61,984 nucleotides of DNA from contig JBJTIO010000103.1 of assembly GCA_046095045.1 (NCBI GenBank), positions 1-61,984 of the forward strand, read 5' to 3'. The DNA comes from Actinomycetota bacterium. GTDB lineage: Bacteria > Actinomycetota > Acidimicrobiia > Acidimicrobiales > Ilumatobacteraceae. Positions 29,960-38,279 of this stretch are shown piece by piece. The notes under the pieces were generated by a model. That model ran no database searches. It was not told the origin of the DNA and saw nothing but the letters and a program-made list of their open reading frames with translations. Both the position numbers and the translations under genes were made by a program. Each line of letters begins with the position of its first letter. Position 1 is the first letter of the stretch.

Positions 29960-31408
29960 GTGCGAAAACTCCCTTCATTGATCCTCGTGTCGTCTCTATT
30001 CGTGGCAGCCGCCTGCGCCAATCGTGGTGACGAGGTCACCACCACCTCGTCGGCTGGGTCGACCGACTCGACCGTGCCGGTGACCGAGGCCCCGACCCCG
30101 GAAAGCATCACTTTCGGTGACCTCCCGTCTCCGTGTGGTCCGGCCCCCGAGGGTGTCACCCCGTCGGTGGCTGACGGTGAAGGTGGAGGCGCCACCGACG
30201 TCATCCGCATCGCCGCTGCGTCTGACAAGGGCAATGTTGCGGTTCCCGGCTTGAACGCCGAGCTGTACGACGCCACCGCTGCATTCGCCGGTTGGTGCAA
30301 CGAGCAGGGCGGAATCGCGGGCCTACCCCTCGAGGTGATCGACGCCGACGCCAAGTTGTTCGAGGTGCCGGCACAAATGGAAAACGTGTGCAGCAATGCC
30401 TTCGCGATGGTCGGTGGTGGTTGGGCGTTCGACGACCAGGAGTTCCCGCGCTTTCACGAGTGCGACATGATCGACTTCGCGGGTTTCACCGTGAGCGCCG
30501 CCAAGTCGTCGTCCGACAATCTGGTGTCGGCCATGCCCAACCCGTCGAACCTGAAAGATGCGGGATGGTTCAAGTGGGCCGTGGCGCAGTACCCCGACGC
30601 GATGCAGAAGTTCGCCACGGTGTACTCCGACATCACCACCGCACAGGTCGTCGAGCAGCAGTACATCGAGGCCGCCGAGATCATCGGTGGGGTCACCACG
30701 GTCGAACGCATCACCTACAACTCCCTCGGAGAAACCTCGTGGGTTCCGATCGCGCAGAAGTTGAAGACTTCCGGCGTGCAGGCATTGGCTTTCGTCGGTG
30801 TACCTGAAGTGCTCGCCCTGCTCACAAAGGCGATGGACGAGATCGGCTACCGACCCGAACTCATCATGGCCGACGCCGGTTTCTACGCGAACGTGCTCAT
30901 CGAACGCGGTGGTTCGAGCGTCGAAGGAGTCGTGGTGCGCACCGCGTACGCGTTGCTCGAGGAGTCGGACCGCGTGAAGGCCGTGCGCGATTACGTCGAC
31001 ATAGTCGGTACGTACACGACGGATGGAAAGATCTCCGGACTCGGAATGCAAGGTGCCTCGGCCGCGTTGCTCTTCGCCTCGGCGGCCCGTGACTGCATCG
31101 TCGCCGAAGGCGTTCTCAGTCGCGCTTGCGTGCTCGAAGCGGCCAAGGCCTACACCACTTGGACCGGCGGCGGACTTCACGCACCATCACAGTCCGGTCT
31201 CGGCATTCCTTCGCCGTGCTACCAGATGATCACAGTCAAAGACGGTGGCTTCGCCCGCTTGTATCCCCCGCTCGAGCCGACCGAGGCCGACCGCGCCATC
31301 GTCGACTCCGTGACGATCACCGATGATGGTTGGGCGTGCGATGAGTCGACGCTCGTCGAATTGGTGGGTGACTACGGAGACGTCACCGCCGGCAAGAAGC
31401 CGAGCTGA
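29960..31408 (+). CDS. ABC transporter substrate-binding lipoprotein, LivK/Peripla_BP_6-like (orphan copy)
   Basis: Signal peptide with lipobox VAAAC. Clear paralogue of 47778..49235; shared strings include FAGWCNEQGGI, AMVGGGW, PRFHEC. Confidence 0.85.
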   Translation: MRKLPSLILVSSLFVAAACANRGDEVTTTSSAGSTDSTVPVTEAPTPESITFGDLPSPCGPAPEGVTPSVADGEGGGATDVIRIAAASDKGNVAVPGLNAELYDATAAFAGWCNEQGGIAGLPLEVIDADAKLFEVPAQMENVCSNAFAMVGGGWAFDDQEFPRFHECDMIDFAGFTVSAAKSSSDNLVSAMPNPSNLKDAGWFKWAVAQYPDAMQKFATVYSDITTAQVVEQQYIEAAEIIGGVTTVERITYNSLGETSWVPIAQKLKTSGVQALAFVGVPEVLALLTKAMDEIGYRPELIMADAGFYANVLIERGGSSVEGVVVRTAYALLEESDRVKAVRDYVDIVGTYTTDGKISGLGMQGASAALLFASAARDCIVAEGVLSRACVLEAAKAYTTWTGGGLHAPSQSGLGIPSPCYQMITVKDGGFARLYPPLEPTEADRAIVDSVTITDDGWACDESTLVELVGDYGDVTAGKKPS

Positions 31409-31411
31409 TTC

Positions 31412-33490
31412 TCAGGCGAGTTCGACCTCGACCAGAGTGTCGTAGAACGCCACGCCACCACCGAAATCGGTGGGTGTGTCGCTGGTGAGCATGTTCACCG
31501 TCGCGCGGTCGTCGGTGCGATCGCCGACCCAACCGAACGGCACGATCACGACACCGGGTCGCACCCGCGAACGATCGTGCGACACTCGAGCGAACGCCGT
31601 CAGGCTGGCTCGATCGTTACGCACGCGCACCATCGAACCGTCCGTGATGCCGCGCGACGCGGCGTCGTCAGGGTGCAGTTCGCAATACATGCCACCCTCG
31701 GGCTCGGCATGGGCGTCGAGATGCGAATACGACGAGTTGAGGAATCGCACGTGGGCCTTCGGCGACATCATCGCCAGCGGATAACGCGACAACAGGCTCG
31801 CATCACCGTCGAGTGTCTCGCGCCCCGGCTCGTACGTCGGCACGTCGGGCAGTCCGAGCGAGGCGAACTTGTGACTCGCCAGCAAAGCTCGTCCCGAATC
31901 GGTGAGGTATCCGCCATCGACGTAGGGAAGCACCGGATCGGGCAACGACAACCGCACGAAACCATCGCGTTCGAGAGCGACTCGGTCGAGATCGAACAGA
32001 GCCGCGTCGAGCAACGACTCGTCGGATTCATAGAGCTCGGGTTCCTCGAAACCCATCGCTCGCGACAGTCGGCGCCAGAGCTCGGTGTTCGGAACGCTCT
32101 CACCCACCGGTTCGATCGCCTTGTGGTTGTAACCGAGATACAAGTGGCCCCACGCCGGAACCACGTCGACCTGTTCGATCTGGGTGCTTGCGGGAAAGAT
32201 CACGTCGGCGTAACGCGCGGTGTCGGTCACGAAGTGTTCGGACACCACCGTGAACAGATCTTCGCGCTCGAGTCCGCGCCGCAACAGGTCGGCGTTCGGC
32301 GCCGTGACCATGGGGTTGCCGTTGTAGACGAAGAGCACCGACACCGGCGGGTCGAGCGTTTCGTCGGTGAGATGGGTGCCGAGCTTGTTCATGCTCAGCG
32401 AGCGTCGGTCGGAATCGACCTCGAGCGACGGCACGTCGAACACCGAATCATCGACGTTGATTTCTGCGTACGAACCGACGCTGCGACTGAATCCTCCGCC
32501 TTGATGACGCCACGCACCCACCAATGCGGGAAGACAGGTGATCGCGCGGAAGAACATCGCGCCCTTCTCTCGGTGCTCGGCGCCGATGAGGGTGCGGATC
32601 ATGACCGGCGTGGTGGTCGCGTAGTCGCGCGCCAGGGTTTCGATTTCGCTGGCATCGATGCCACAGATCGCGGCGGCACGCTGAGGCGACCACTGTGACA
32701 CGTGCTCGGACAACCGGTCGAAACCCTCGGTGTGATGGAGCACGTATTCGGCGTCGATCAGACCGTCGCGAATGATCACGTGCATCATCGCCAGCATCAA
32801 CGCCACGTCCGTTCCGGGTCGGGGCTGAATGAACCAATCGGCCGACTCGGCGGTGATGGTGCGGATCGGATCGATCACCACCACGCGCGCGCCGTTGGCC
32901 CGTGCTTCCTCGATGAAGGGCCAGAGGTGTCGATTCGTGAGGCGAGTGTTGGTGCCCCACAACAGGATGAGTCGACTGAAGCGCACATCCATCGGATCGG
33001 AACCGAGCGGCGATCCGAGGGTGAGGCTCGACGCCACCTTGGCCGTCCCGCCGCATAAAGAGTCGACCTGGCGCGAGGCACCGAGGCGCGCGAAGAACCG
33101 TCGATCGAGACAATTCATCTGCAGCAAGCCCTGGGTACCGGCATCTCCCCATGGCAGCACCGTCTCGCCCCCAAATCGCGCGACCGAGTCGCCGACGCGG
33201 GTAGCGACGAGAGCCAAGGCCTCGTCCCACGTCGCCCGACGAAACTCGGCCGTTCCCTTGTCTCCGACGCGAATGAGTGGGGTGGTGACGCGATCGGGGT
33301 TGTAGACCCGATCGACGAAGCGATTGACCTTCGGGCACAACTCGCCACGCGAGAAGGGATGCTCGGCGTTGCCCCGCATGCGCACGGCGACCCCATCGAC
33401 CACCTCGACTTCCCATCCGCACGAATCGGGGCAATCGTGATGGCAGGTGCCCTTCACGAGAATCGGACTCGACGATCGCGGGGACGACAT
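31412..33490 (-). CDS. molybdopterin (Mo-bisPGD) oxidoreductase, cytoplasmic, single-subunit type
   Basis: N-terminal 4Fe-4S motif CHHDCPDSC...C; 692 aa MopB-type sequence with C-terminal MopB_CT-like beta-barrel; no twin-arginine signal. Confidence 0.88.
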   Translation of the reverse strand: MSSPRSSSPILVKGTCHHDCPDSCGWEVEVVDGVAVRMRGNAEHPFSRGELCPKVNRFVDRVYNPDRVTTPLIRVGDKGTAEFRRATWDEALALVATRVGDSVARFGGETVLPWGDAGTQGLLQMNCLDRRFFARLGASRQVDSLCGGTAKVASSLTLGSPLGSDPMDVRFSRLILLWGTNTRLTNRHLWPFIEEARANGARVVVIDPIRTITAESADWFIQPRPGTDVALMLAMMHVIIRDGLIDAEYVLHHTEGFDRLSEHVSQWSPQRAAAICGIDASEIETLARDYATTTPVMIRTLIGAEHREKGAMFFRAITCLPALVGAWRHQGGGFSRSVGSYAEINVDDSVFDVPSLEVDSDRRSLSMNKLGTHLTDETLDPPVSVLFVYNGNPMVTAPNADLLRRGLEREDLFTVVSEHFVTDTARYADVIFPASTQIEQVDVVPAWGHLYLGYNHKAIEPVGESVPNTELWRRLSRAMGFEEPELYESDESLLDAALFDLDRVALERDGFVRLSLPDPVLPYVDGGYLTDSGRALLASHKFASLGLPDVPTYEPGRETLDGDASLLSRYPLAMMSPKAHVRFLNSSYSHLDAHAEPEGGMYCELHPDDAASRGITDGSMVRVRNDRASLTAFARVSHDRSRVRPGVVIVPFGWVGDRTDDRATVNMLTSDTPTDFGGGVAFYDTLVEVELA

Positions 33491-33524
33491 TCGTACATTC
33501 TGCCAACAAGAGAGTGGGCAGCGG

Positions 33525-33544
33525 GTTCCGTTTAGGATCGGAAC
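33525..33544. promoter_or_regulatory. inverted repeat GTTCCG-n8-CGGAAC between divergent Mo-oxidoreductase and NTF2-like genes
   Basis: Seen directly in the 75-nt intergenic region 33491..33565. Confidence 0.3.
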
Positions 33545-33565
33545 GTCACCACCAAAGGGGAAATC

Positions 33566-33979
33566 ATGAACGAAGCACTCGACCGCGCACTGATCGCCGA
33601 CCTGCTGGCGCGTTATTCATGGGCACTCGCCGATCGCGATTGGCCCACCTGGGTGGGATGCTTCACCGCCGATGCCAAGGTCGACTACTCGACTGCCGGT
33701 GGTCCGGTCGGTTCGCCCATCGAGGCCGCGGCCACCTTCGGCAACATGATGTCGATGTTCGACGTGTCTTTGTCGTCGGGCGGAAACGTGACGATCTCGT
33801 TCGACGGCGAGGACTCCGCCAAGGTGCGATCGATCTACACCATGACCATGCGCATCCCCGGTGACCAACCCACGTACATGCAGGCGAGTGGTTGGTACAA
33901 CGACACCATCGTGCGCACCGCCGAAGGTTGGCGCATTGCGAACCGCTTCGAACAGCTCGTCTACGTGAAGCCGGCCTGA
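33566..33979 (+). CDS. NTF2-superfamily (SnoaL-like) protein
   Basis: 137 aa; LLARYSWALADRDW opening typical of SnoaL_4/NTF2-like proteins. Confidence 0.75.
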   Translation: MNEALDRALIADLLARYSWALADRDWPTWVGCFTADAKVDYSTAGGPVGSPIEAAATFGNMMSMFDVSLSSGGNVTISFDGEDSAKVRSIYTMTMRIPGDQPTYMQASGWYNDTIVRTAEGWRIANRFEQLVYVKPA

Positions 33980-33981
33980 TC

Positions 33982-35058
33982 GTGCCCTTACCGTCGAAAC
34001 GTAATCCCGAGCAGTTGGCTCGCACACTCGAAGCGTGGTTCACCGCGCAGTTCGGGCATGCCTGCACGGTGTCGGATGTCGGCATTCCCGAAGGAACCGG
34101 CATGAGCAGTGAAACGTTGCTCTTCACCATTCATCACGACGGCCGATCCGAAGCGGTGGTCACCCGCTTGAGCCCTGACATGAACGACTGGCCGGTGTTC
34201 CCGGTGTACGACCTGGCAGCGCAAGCCGGTGCGATGCGTCTGGTCGCCGTCCGCAGTGACGTGCCCGTACCCAACGTGCGCTTTCTCGAGACCGACCCGA
34301 CGATTCTCGGTTCGCCCTTCATCGTGATGGATCGCGTCGACGGCCGTGCGTTGCCCGACATGCCGCCGTACGTGTTCGGCGGCAGTTACATGGACGCCTT
34401 CGATGTCGAACAGCAACGCGAGTTGGGCCGCCGAGTGGCGCGCCTGCAGGCTCGGATTCACGCCATCGACCTCGACGCGGCCGAAGCCGCCGGTTTCGAC
34501 GTGTCGTTCCTACCGTCACGTCGGGGTGACGCGATCGAGCGCCTGCTGAAGGAGCAACGCGATTACTACGACTGGGCGCGCGGCGATCTGCGCCTGCCCA
34601 TCATCGAACGTGCGCTCGACTGGTTGGCCGCCCACAAACCGACCAATCCGGGTCCGACGGTCATCAATTGGGGTGACGCGCGACCGGGCAACGTGTTGTT
34701 CGATGGTTTGAATCCCACGGCCGTACTCGACTGGGAAATGATCAACGTCGGACCGGCCGCGGTCGATGTGGGCTGGCTGATCTTCATGCACACGTTCTTC
34801 CAGTCGTTGGCCGACGTGTTCCAGATGCCCGGCTTTCCCGAGTTCTGCCGTCGCGATGACATCGTCGAGGCTTACACGACGGCGGGTGGCGGCTCGTTGG
34901 ACGATCTCGACTGGTACGTGGTGTACGCGAGCCTGCGCTTCGCCGCCATCGCGATTCGCACCTCGTTGCGCGAGGTGAGTTACGGCAATCGCGAGATGCC
35001 CGACGACCCCGAGGACCTCGTGATGCACAAGGCCCTGTTGTACGCGCAGATCGCCTAG
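33982..35058 (+). CDS. phosphotransferase family protein (APH/choline-kinase-like fold)
   Basis: GTG 33982 right after the upstream stop. Kinase-like HGDARPGNVLF catalytic loop (here NWGDARPGNVLF) and DWE motif. Confidence 0.82.
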   Translation: MPLPSKRNPEQLARTLEAWFTAQFGHACTVSDVGIPEGTGMSSETLLFTIHHDGRSEAVVTRLSPDMNDWPVFPVYDLAAQAGAMRLVAVRSDVPVPNVRFLETDPTILGSPFIVMDRVDGRALPDMPPYVFGGSYMDAFDVEQQRELGRRVARLQARIHAIDLDAAEAAGFDVSFLPSRRGDAIERLLKEQRDYYDWARGDLRLPIIERALDWLAAHKPTNPGPTVINWGDARPGNVLFDGLNPTAVLDWEMINVGPAAVDVGWLIFMHTFFQSLADVFQMPGFPEFCRRDDIVEAYTTAGGGSLDDLDWYVVYASLRFAAIAIRTSLREVSYGNREMPDDPEDLVMHKALLYAQIA

Positions 35059-35996
35059 TTCTTCAGTAATTCGGGCCGCATGGTGGCGATCTGACGGCGG
35101 ATGCCGTCGCGCCAATCGATCGACGAATGGAATCCGACGTCGTGCAACTTCTGCAGGTCGGGAACGATCGATGCAATCGTCGCCGTCGTGGGTGCGAACT
35201 TCGGCGTGAGGCTGGTGAGTCGACCCATCTCCTCGCACCAGTCCTCGATCGACACCAGTTGATCGCCTCCCCAGTTGACGATGGTTGCATCGTTGCTGGC
35301 GTACGACATCAGATACGGAATGCTGCGCGTGATGTCCTCGGCGTGGATTGGGGTGTACGTGGTGGGCTGGTCGACGTGAACCGGCACCGCGATGTCGCGC
35401 TCCATCATCATCAGGTGGAACGCCATCCAGCCGTAGTTGTCGCCGTAGGGAACGTTGAGCCGAGCGATCACGGTCGGCACGCCGAGTCGGCGGGCCGTGT
35501 GGGTGACGAGCACCTCACCGGCGATCTTGGAGATGCTGTAGGTGGGCATACCTGGCATCGGTCGGTGACTGTCACCGAGCAGGTCGGTCTCCTTGCGAGC
35601 GACGCCGTGCTTGGGCTCGTACACCGCGGTCGACGAGCAGTGGAAGAAACTCAGCGAATCGCTGCGCGATGCGGCGACTTCCATCAGGTTCGCACTGCCG
35701 TGCGCGTTCGACGCGAAAGCCTCCTCGAAGTTGTTGCTCTTGGCCACGGCGAAGTGCAACACCATGTCGAGGTCGCTCGGCACCTCGTCGAGCTGTCCGG
35801 CGGCCAGATCGATGCTCACCGTCTGCACATCCTTGGCGTGCCACGGCGCGCGGGTGTCGGGATCCTTGAAGCGAGCGGCACCGTACACGGTGTTCCCCGC
35901 GGCGGCCAACGACTCGGCCAACGGTCCGGCCACCCAACCCGTGACGCCGGTGACGAGGATTTTCTTGCCCGTAATCGCTTGCATGTTCTCCCCCAT
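35055..35996 (-). CDS. NAD-dependent epimerase/dehydratase family (extended SDR) protein
   Basis: KKILVTGVTGWVAG Rossmann motif and Y-x3-K (YSISKIA). Start is ATG 35996 (1-nt overlap with the upstream stop) or ATG 35984. Confidence 0.85.
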   Translation of the reverse strand: MGENMQAITGKKILVTGVTGWVAGPLAESLAAAGNTVYGAARFKDPDTRAPWHAKDVQTVSIDLAAGQLDEVPSDLDMVLHFAVAKSNNFEEAFASNAHGSANLMEVAASRSDSLSFFHCSSTAVYEPKHGVARKETDLLGDSHRPMPGMPTYSISKIAGEVLVTHTARRLGVPTVIARLNVPYGDNYGWMAFHLMMMERDIAVPVHVDQPTTYTPIHAEDITRSIPYLMSYASNDATIVNWGGDQLVSIEDWCEEMGRLTSLTPKFAPTTATIASIVPDLQKLHDVGFHSSIDWRDGIRRQIATMRPELLKN

Positions 35997-36790
35997 CACC
36001 ACAGTTGATCGGTGTACGTGTCGGTGCCGAACACGGTGTTCTTGAACGGCGCGGTCCAGAGGTGCGTGGCCAACCCACTCGCCTCGAGTTCGGCTCCGAA
36101 TCGACCGTAGCCCTGCGCCCATTCGGCTTCGGGCGCGTGATCGAGAAAGTGGATCTGTAGGAATCGTTGATCGGCCTTGGGCACGCGCGGCACGTCGGGC
36201 GGCGCATCGGGCAGCAACGGAAGAAGCGTCGTGTAGTTGAACACGTCGGGACCCCACGAAGAGGCGAACGCTTGCGGCGCCCACTTCTGACGCATCCAGT
36301 CACTCATCTGTTGGTGAGTGACTCCGTCCTTCAGTTCGCCGACGTTGACGACGATTCCCGGGTATCCGCGATCGAGCGCCAACTCGATGTTGGTGGTGTT
36401 CTCGGTGCGAGTCATCGACCACTGGTTGTCGTACAACTGGGTGTGAATGTGGGTTCGCTCGGGGAACATGCGCCCGGTCGCGTGGAGATTCTTCACCGTG
36501 TCGACGCTCCAACGGTTCCAGTCGTCGTGATGGCCCTTCAACACCCAATAGATCGCCAGATACGAACCGGTCGAGGTGTCGGGGGTCATCGGTGACTCGG
36601 CCGGGTACCGCAGTGCCTTCAGATCGCGCGTCGCCACGAAGCGATCGCCCGCGAACGAGTACGCACCGACCAACACTCCGCCGTAGAAGTGGTCGCGTTC
36701 GTACCAGCGGTTGTACTCGACCTCGTGACCTTTGTGGGGCTCGACCATCGTGAAGAGCAGGGTGCCCAGTTGGATCGGATACGTCTTCAT
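35996..36790 (-). CDS. conserved hypothetical protein (no family recognised)
   Basis: 264-aa ORF with coding-like composition, e.g. EVEYNRWYERDHFYGG; coupled to the downstream epimerase gene. Confidence 0.7.
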   Translation of the reverse strand: MKTYPIQLGTLLFTMVEPHKGHEVEYNRWYERDHFYGGVLVGAYSFAGDRFVATRDLKALRYPAESPMTPDTSTGSYLAIYWVLKGHHDDWNRWSVDTVKNLHATGRMFPERTHIHTQLYDNQWSMTRTENTTNIELALDRGYPGIVVNVGELKDGVTHQQMSDWMRQKWAPQAFASSWGPDVFNYTTLLPLLPDAPPDVPRVPKADQRFLQIHFLDHAPEAEWAQGYGRFGAELEASGLATHLWTAPFKNTVFGTDTYTDQLW

Positions 36791-36840
36791 ACTCGCACCC
36801 TAGAGCGTGCCGCCACCGAGCCCGCAACCGACCAGTGGGG

Positions 36841-37109
36841 TCAGGGAAGGTGATCCAGATCGTCGATGTCCTTCGGGCGTCCCGACGCCTTCTTGTTCCT
36901 CTTCAGGTCCTCGAGAGAAATCACGGTCACTAATTCACCATCGACGTCGAACCGCATCGCTCGCGAGTGACAGCCGTCTAATCAGCGGTCGTGCGAACGT
37001 AGCCATGAAGCGCGACCGCGAATCCGCCGACCAGGAGATAATCAATCTCGTGATCGTGGAGCAATCGCAAGAACTCTTTGAAGTCTTGCGGAAACTCGAT
37101 CGGTTCCAT
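36841..37109 (-). pseudogene. decayed nucleotidyltransferase-fold gene (internal deletion plus frameshift)
   Basis: N-terminal piece MEPIEF..FLRLLHDHEIDYLLVGGFAVALHGYVRTTAD stops at TAG 36978-36980. A different frame then reads ...MRFDVDGELVTVISLEDLKRNKKASGRPKDIDDLDHLP to TGA 36841. The middle roughly 70 aa of the usual ~150-aa protein are missing. Region is visibly lower in GC. Confidence 0.65.
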
Positions 37110-37236
37110 AGTTGATCCGTCGGAGTAACAGAAGATGCTGAAGCCGAGCAGCCGGTGTCTGAGCATGCCAGTAGGCGATGTCAGCGTTCTCGGCTTCCTC
37201 GTGGGATTCGAAGATTCGAACGGAACGGTTCAGCAC
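37042..37236 (-). CDS. small partner ORF of the decayed module (64 aa), possibly also degenerate
   Basis: IFESHEEAENADIAYWHAQTPAARLQHLL resembles the small proteins usually encoded just upstream of such nucleotidyltransferase-fold genes. Overlaps the pseudogene N-terminus by 68 nt. Confidence 0.4.
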   Translation of the reverse strand: MLNRSVRIFESHEEAENADIAYWHAQTPAARLQHLLLLRRINYGTDRVSARLQRVLAIAPRSRD

Positions 37237-37276
37237 ATCCTCATTCTACCGACCCATGACGAGGCTTTGACGAGGG

Positions 37277-37903
37277 TCAGTCGAGTCTCCGAGACAACCC
37301 GGCTTTCACGTCGAGCCAATCGCGACGGATGATCGCGAACACCGCGGTGTCGCGCAGCGTTCCTTCCTCACCTGCCACGTAACTCGGACGATGCGACCGC
37401 AACACCCCTTCGAATTCGGCGCCGATGCGCAAGATCGCATTCCGACTCCGCTCGTTGCGCGCGTCGGTGCAGATCGCCACACGCTGCACTTCCCACGTTT
37501 CGAAGGCGTGGGTCAACAACATCAGCTTCGCTTCGGTGTTCACCGCCGTGCGTTGCACCGAAGCGGCGAGCCACGTGCCACCGATCTCCACCTCGTCGGG
37601 AACGGCGGATTCGGCCGTCCTGCGTCCCAACGGGTGACGAATCTCCATGAATCGCGTGCACCCCACCACACGTCCAATCGCACCCGACGTGTCGACCAGA
37701 CACTGAGCGAGCGGGATGACTCTTCCCTCGTCGCGATCGTGCAACAGCGACGCCACGTACGCATCCATCGTGCGCTCGGAATCGGGAACCGCGGTGAAGT
37801 CGTAAGTCGAGCGATCCTCGACGGCGGCCCGCACGAGATCCGGCACATGATCGATCGCGAGTGGCACCAACGCCACGTGACGACCGACGAGGGTCGGGGT
37901 CAT
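37277..37903 (-). CDS. GNAT family N-acetyltransferase (RimJ/RimL-like)
   Basis: ATG 37903 overlaps the EthD stop (ATGA). Acetyltransf_3-like pattern GRHVALVPL...NERSRNAILRIGAEFEG. Confidence 0.85.
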   Translation of the reverse strand: MTPTLVGRHVALVPLAIDHVPDLVRAAVEDRSTYDFTAVPDSERTMDAYVASLLHDRDEGRVIPLAQCLVDTSGAIGRVVGCTRFMEIRHPLGRRTAESAVPDEVEIGGTWLAASVQRTAVNTEAKLMLLTHAFETWEVQRVAICTDARNERSRNAILRIGAEFEGVLRSHRPSYVAGEEGTLRDTAVFAIIRRDWLDVKAGLSRRLD

Positions 37904-38247
37904 TCGCCGATGACGATGCGAGGTTCCTCGGTGAGGATCCAATTCAACGACGACGAGTCGAGGAACCGCGCGGTGTCGGCCATCACCTCGGGGAAGTCGG
38001 GTTCACCCATGTGCGCGAAGAAGTCGGCTGGCGAGTCGAAGTATTGGATCGTCACGCCGTCGAAGTCGGGTTCGGGTTGCTTGCTGCCTTCCGGCGGCCA
38101 TGAGGCGGGGTGCTGCTCGTAGCGACGCACGTACTTGGCCGCCGAACAATTCTTGATGAGCGGAGCGTGCACGTCGAACCAGTAGTCGAGGAACTCCTGG
38201 TGAGTCGTACCGGGCTTGCGCTTCAGCATCGAGATGAGTTTGATCAT
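37900..38247 (-). CDS. EthD family protein
   Basis: MIKLISMLKRKPGTTHQEFLDYW opening is typical of EthD/TIGR02118 proteins. Confidence 0.82.
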   Translation of the reverse strand: MIKLISMLKRKPGTTHQEFLDYWFDVHAPLIKNCSAAKYVRRYEQHPASWPPEGSKQPEPDFDGVTIQYFDSPADFFAHMGEPDFPEVMADTARFLDSSSLNWILTEEPRIVIGE

Positions 38248-38279
38248 GCGTTCAGTCTCGCATCTCACGCGGTCTCGGT

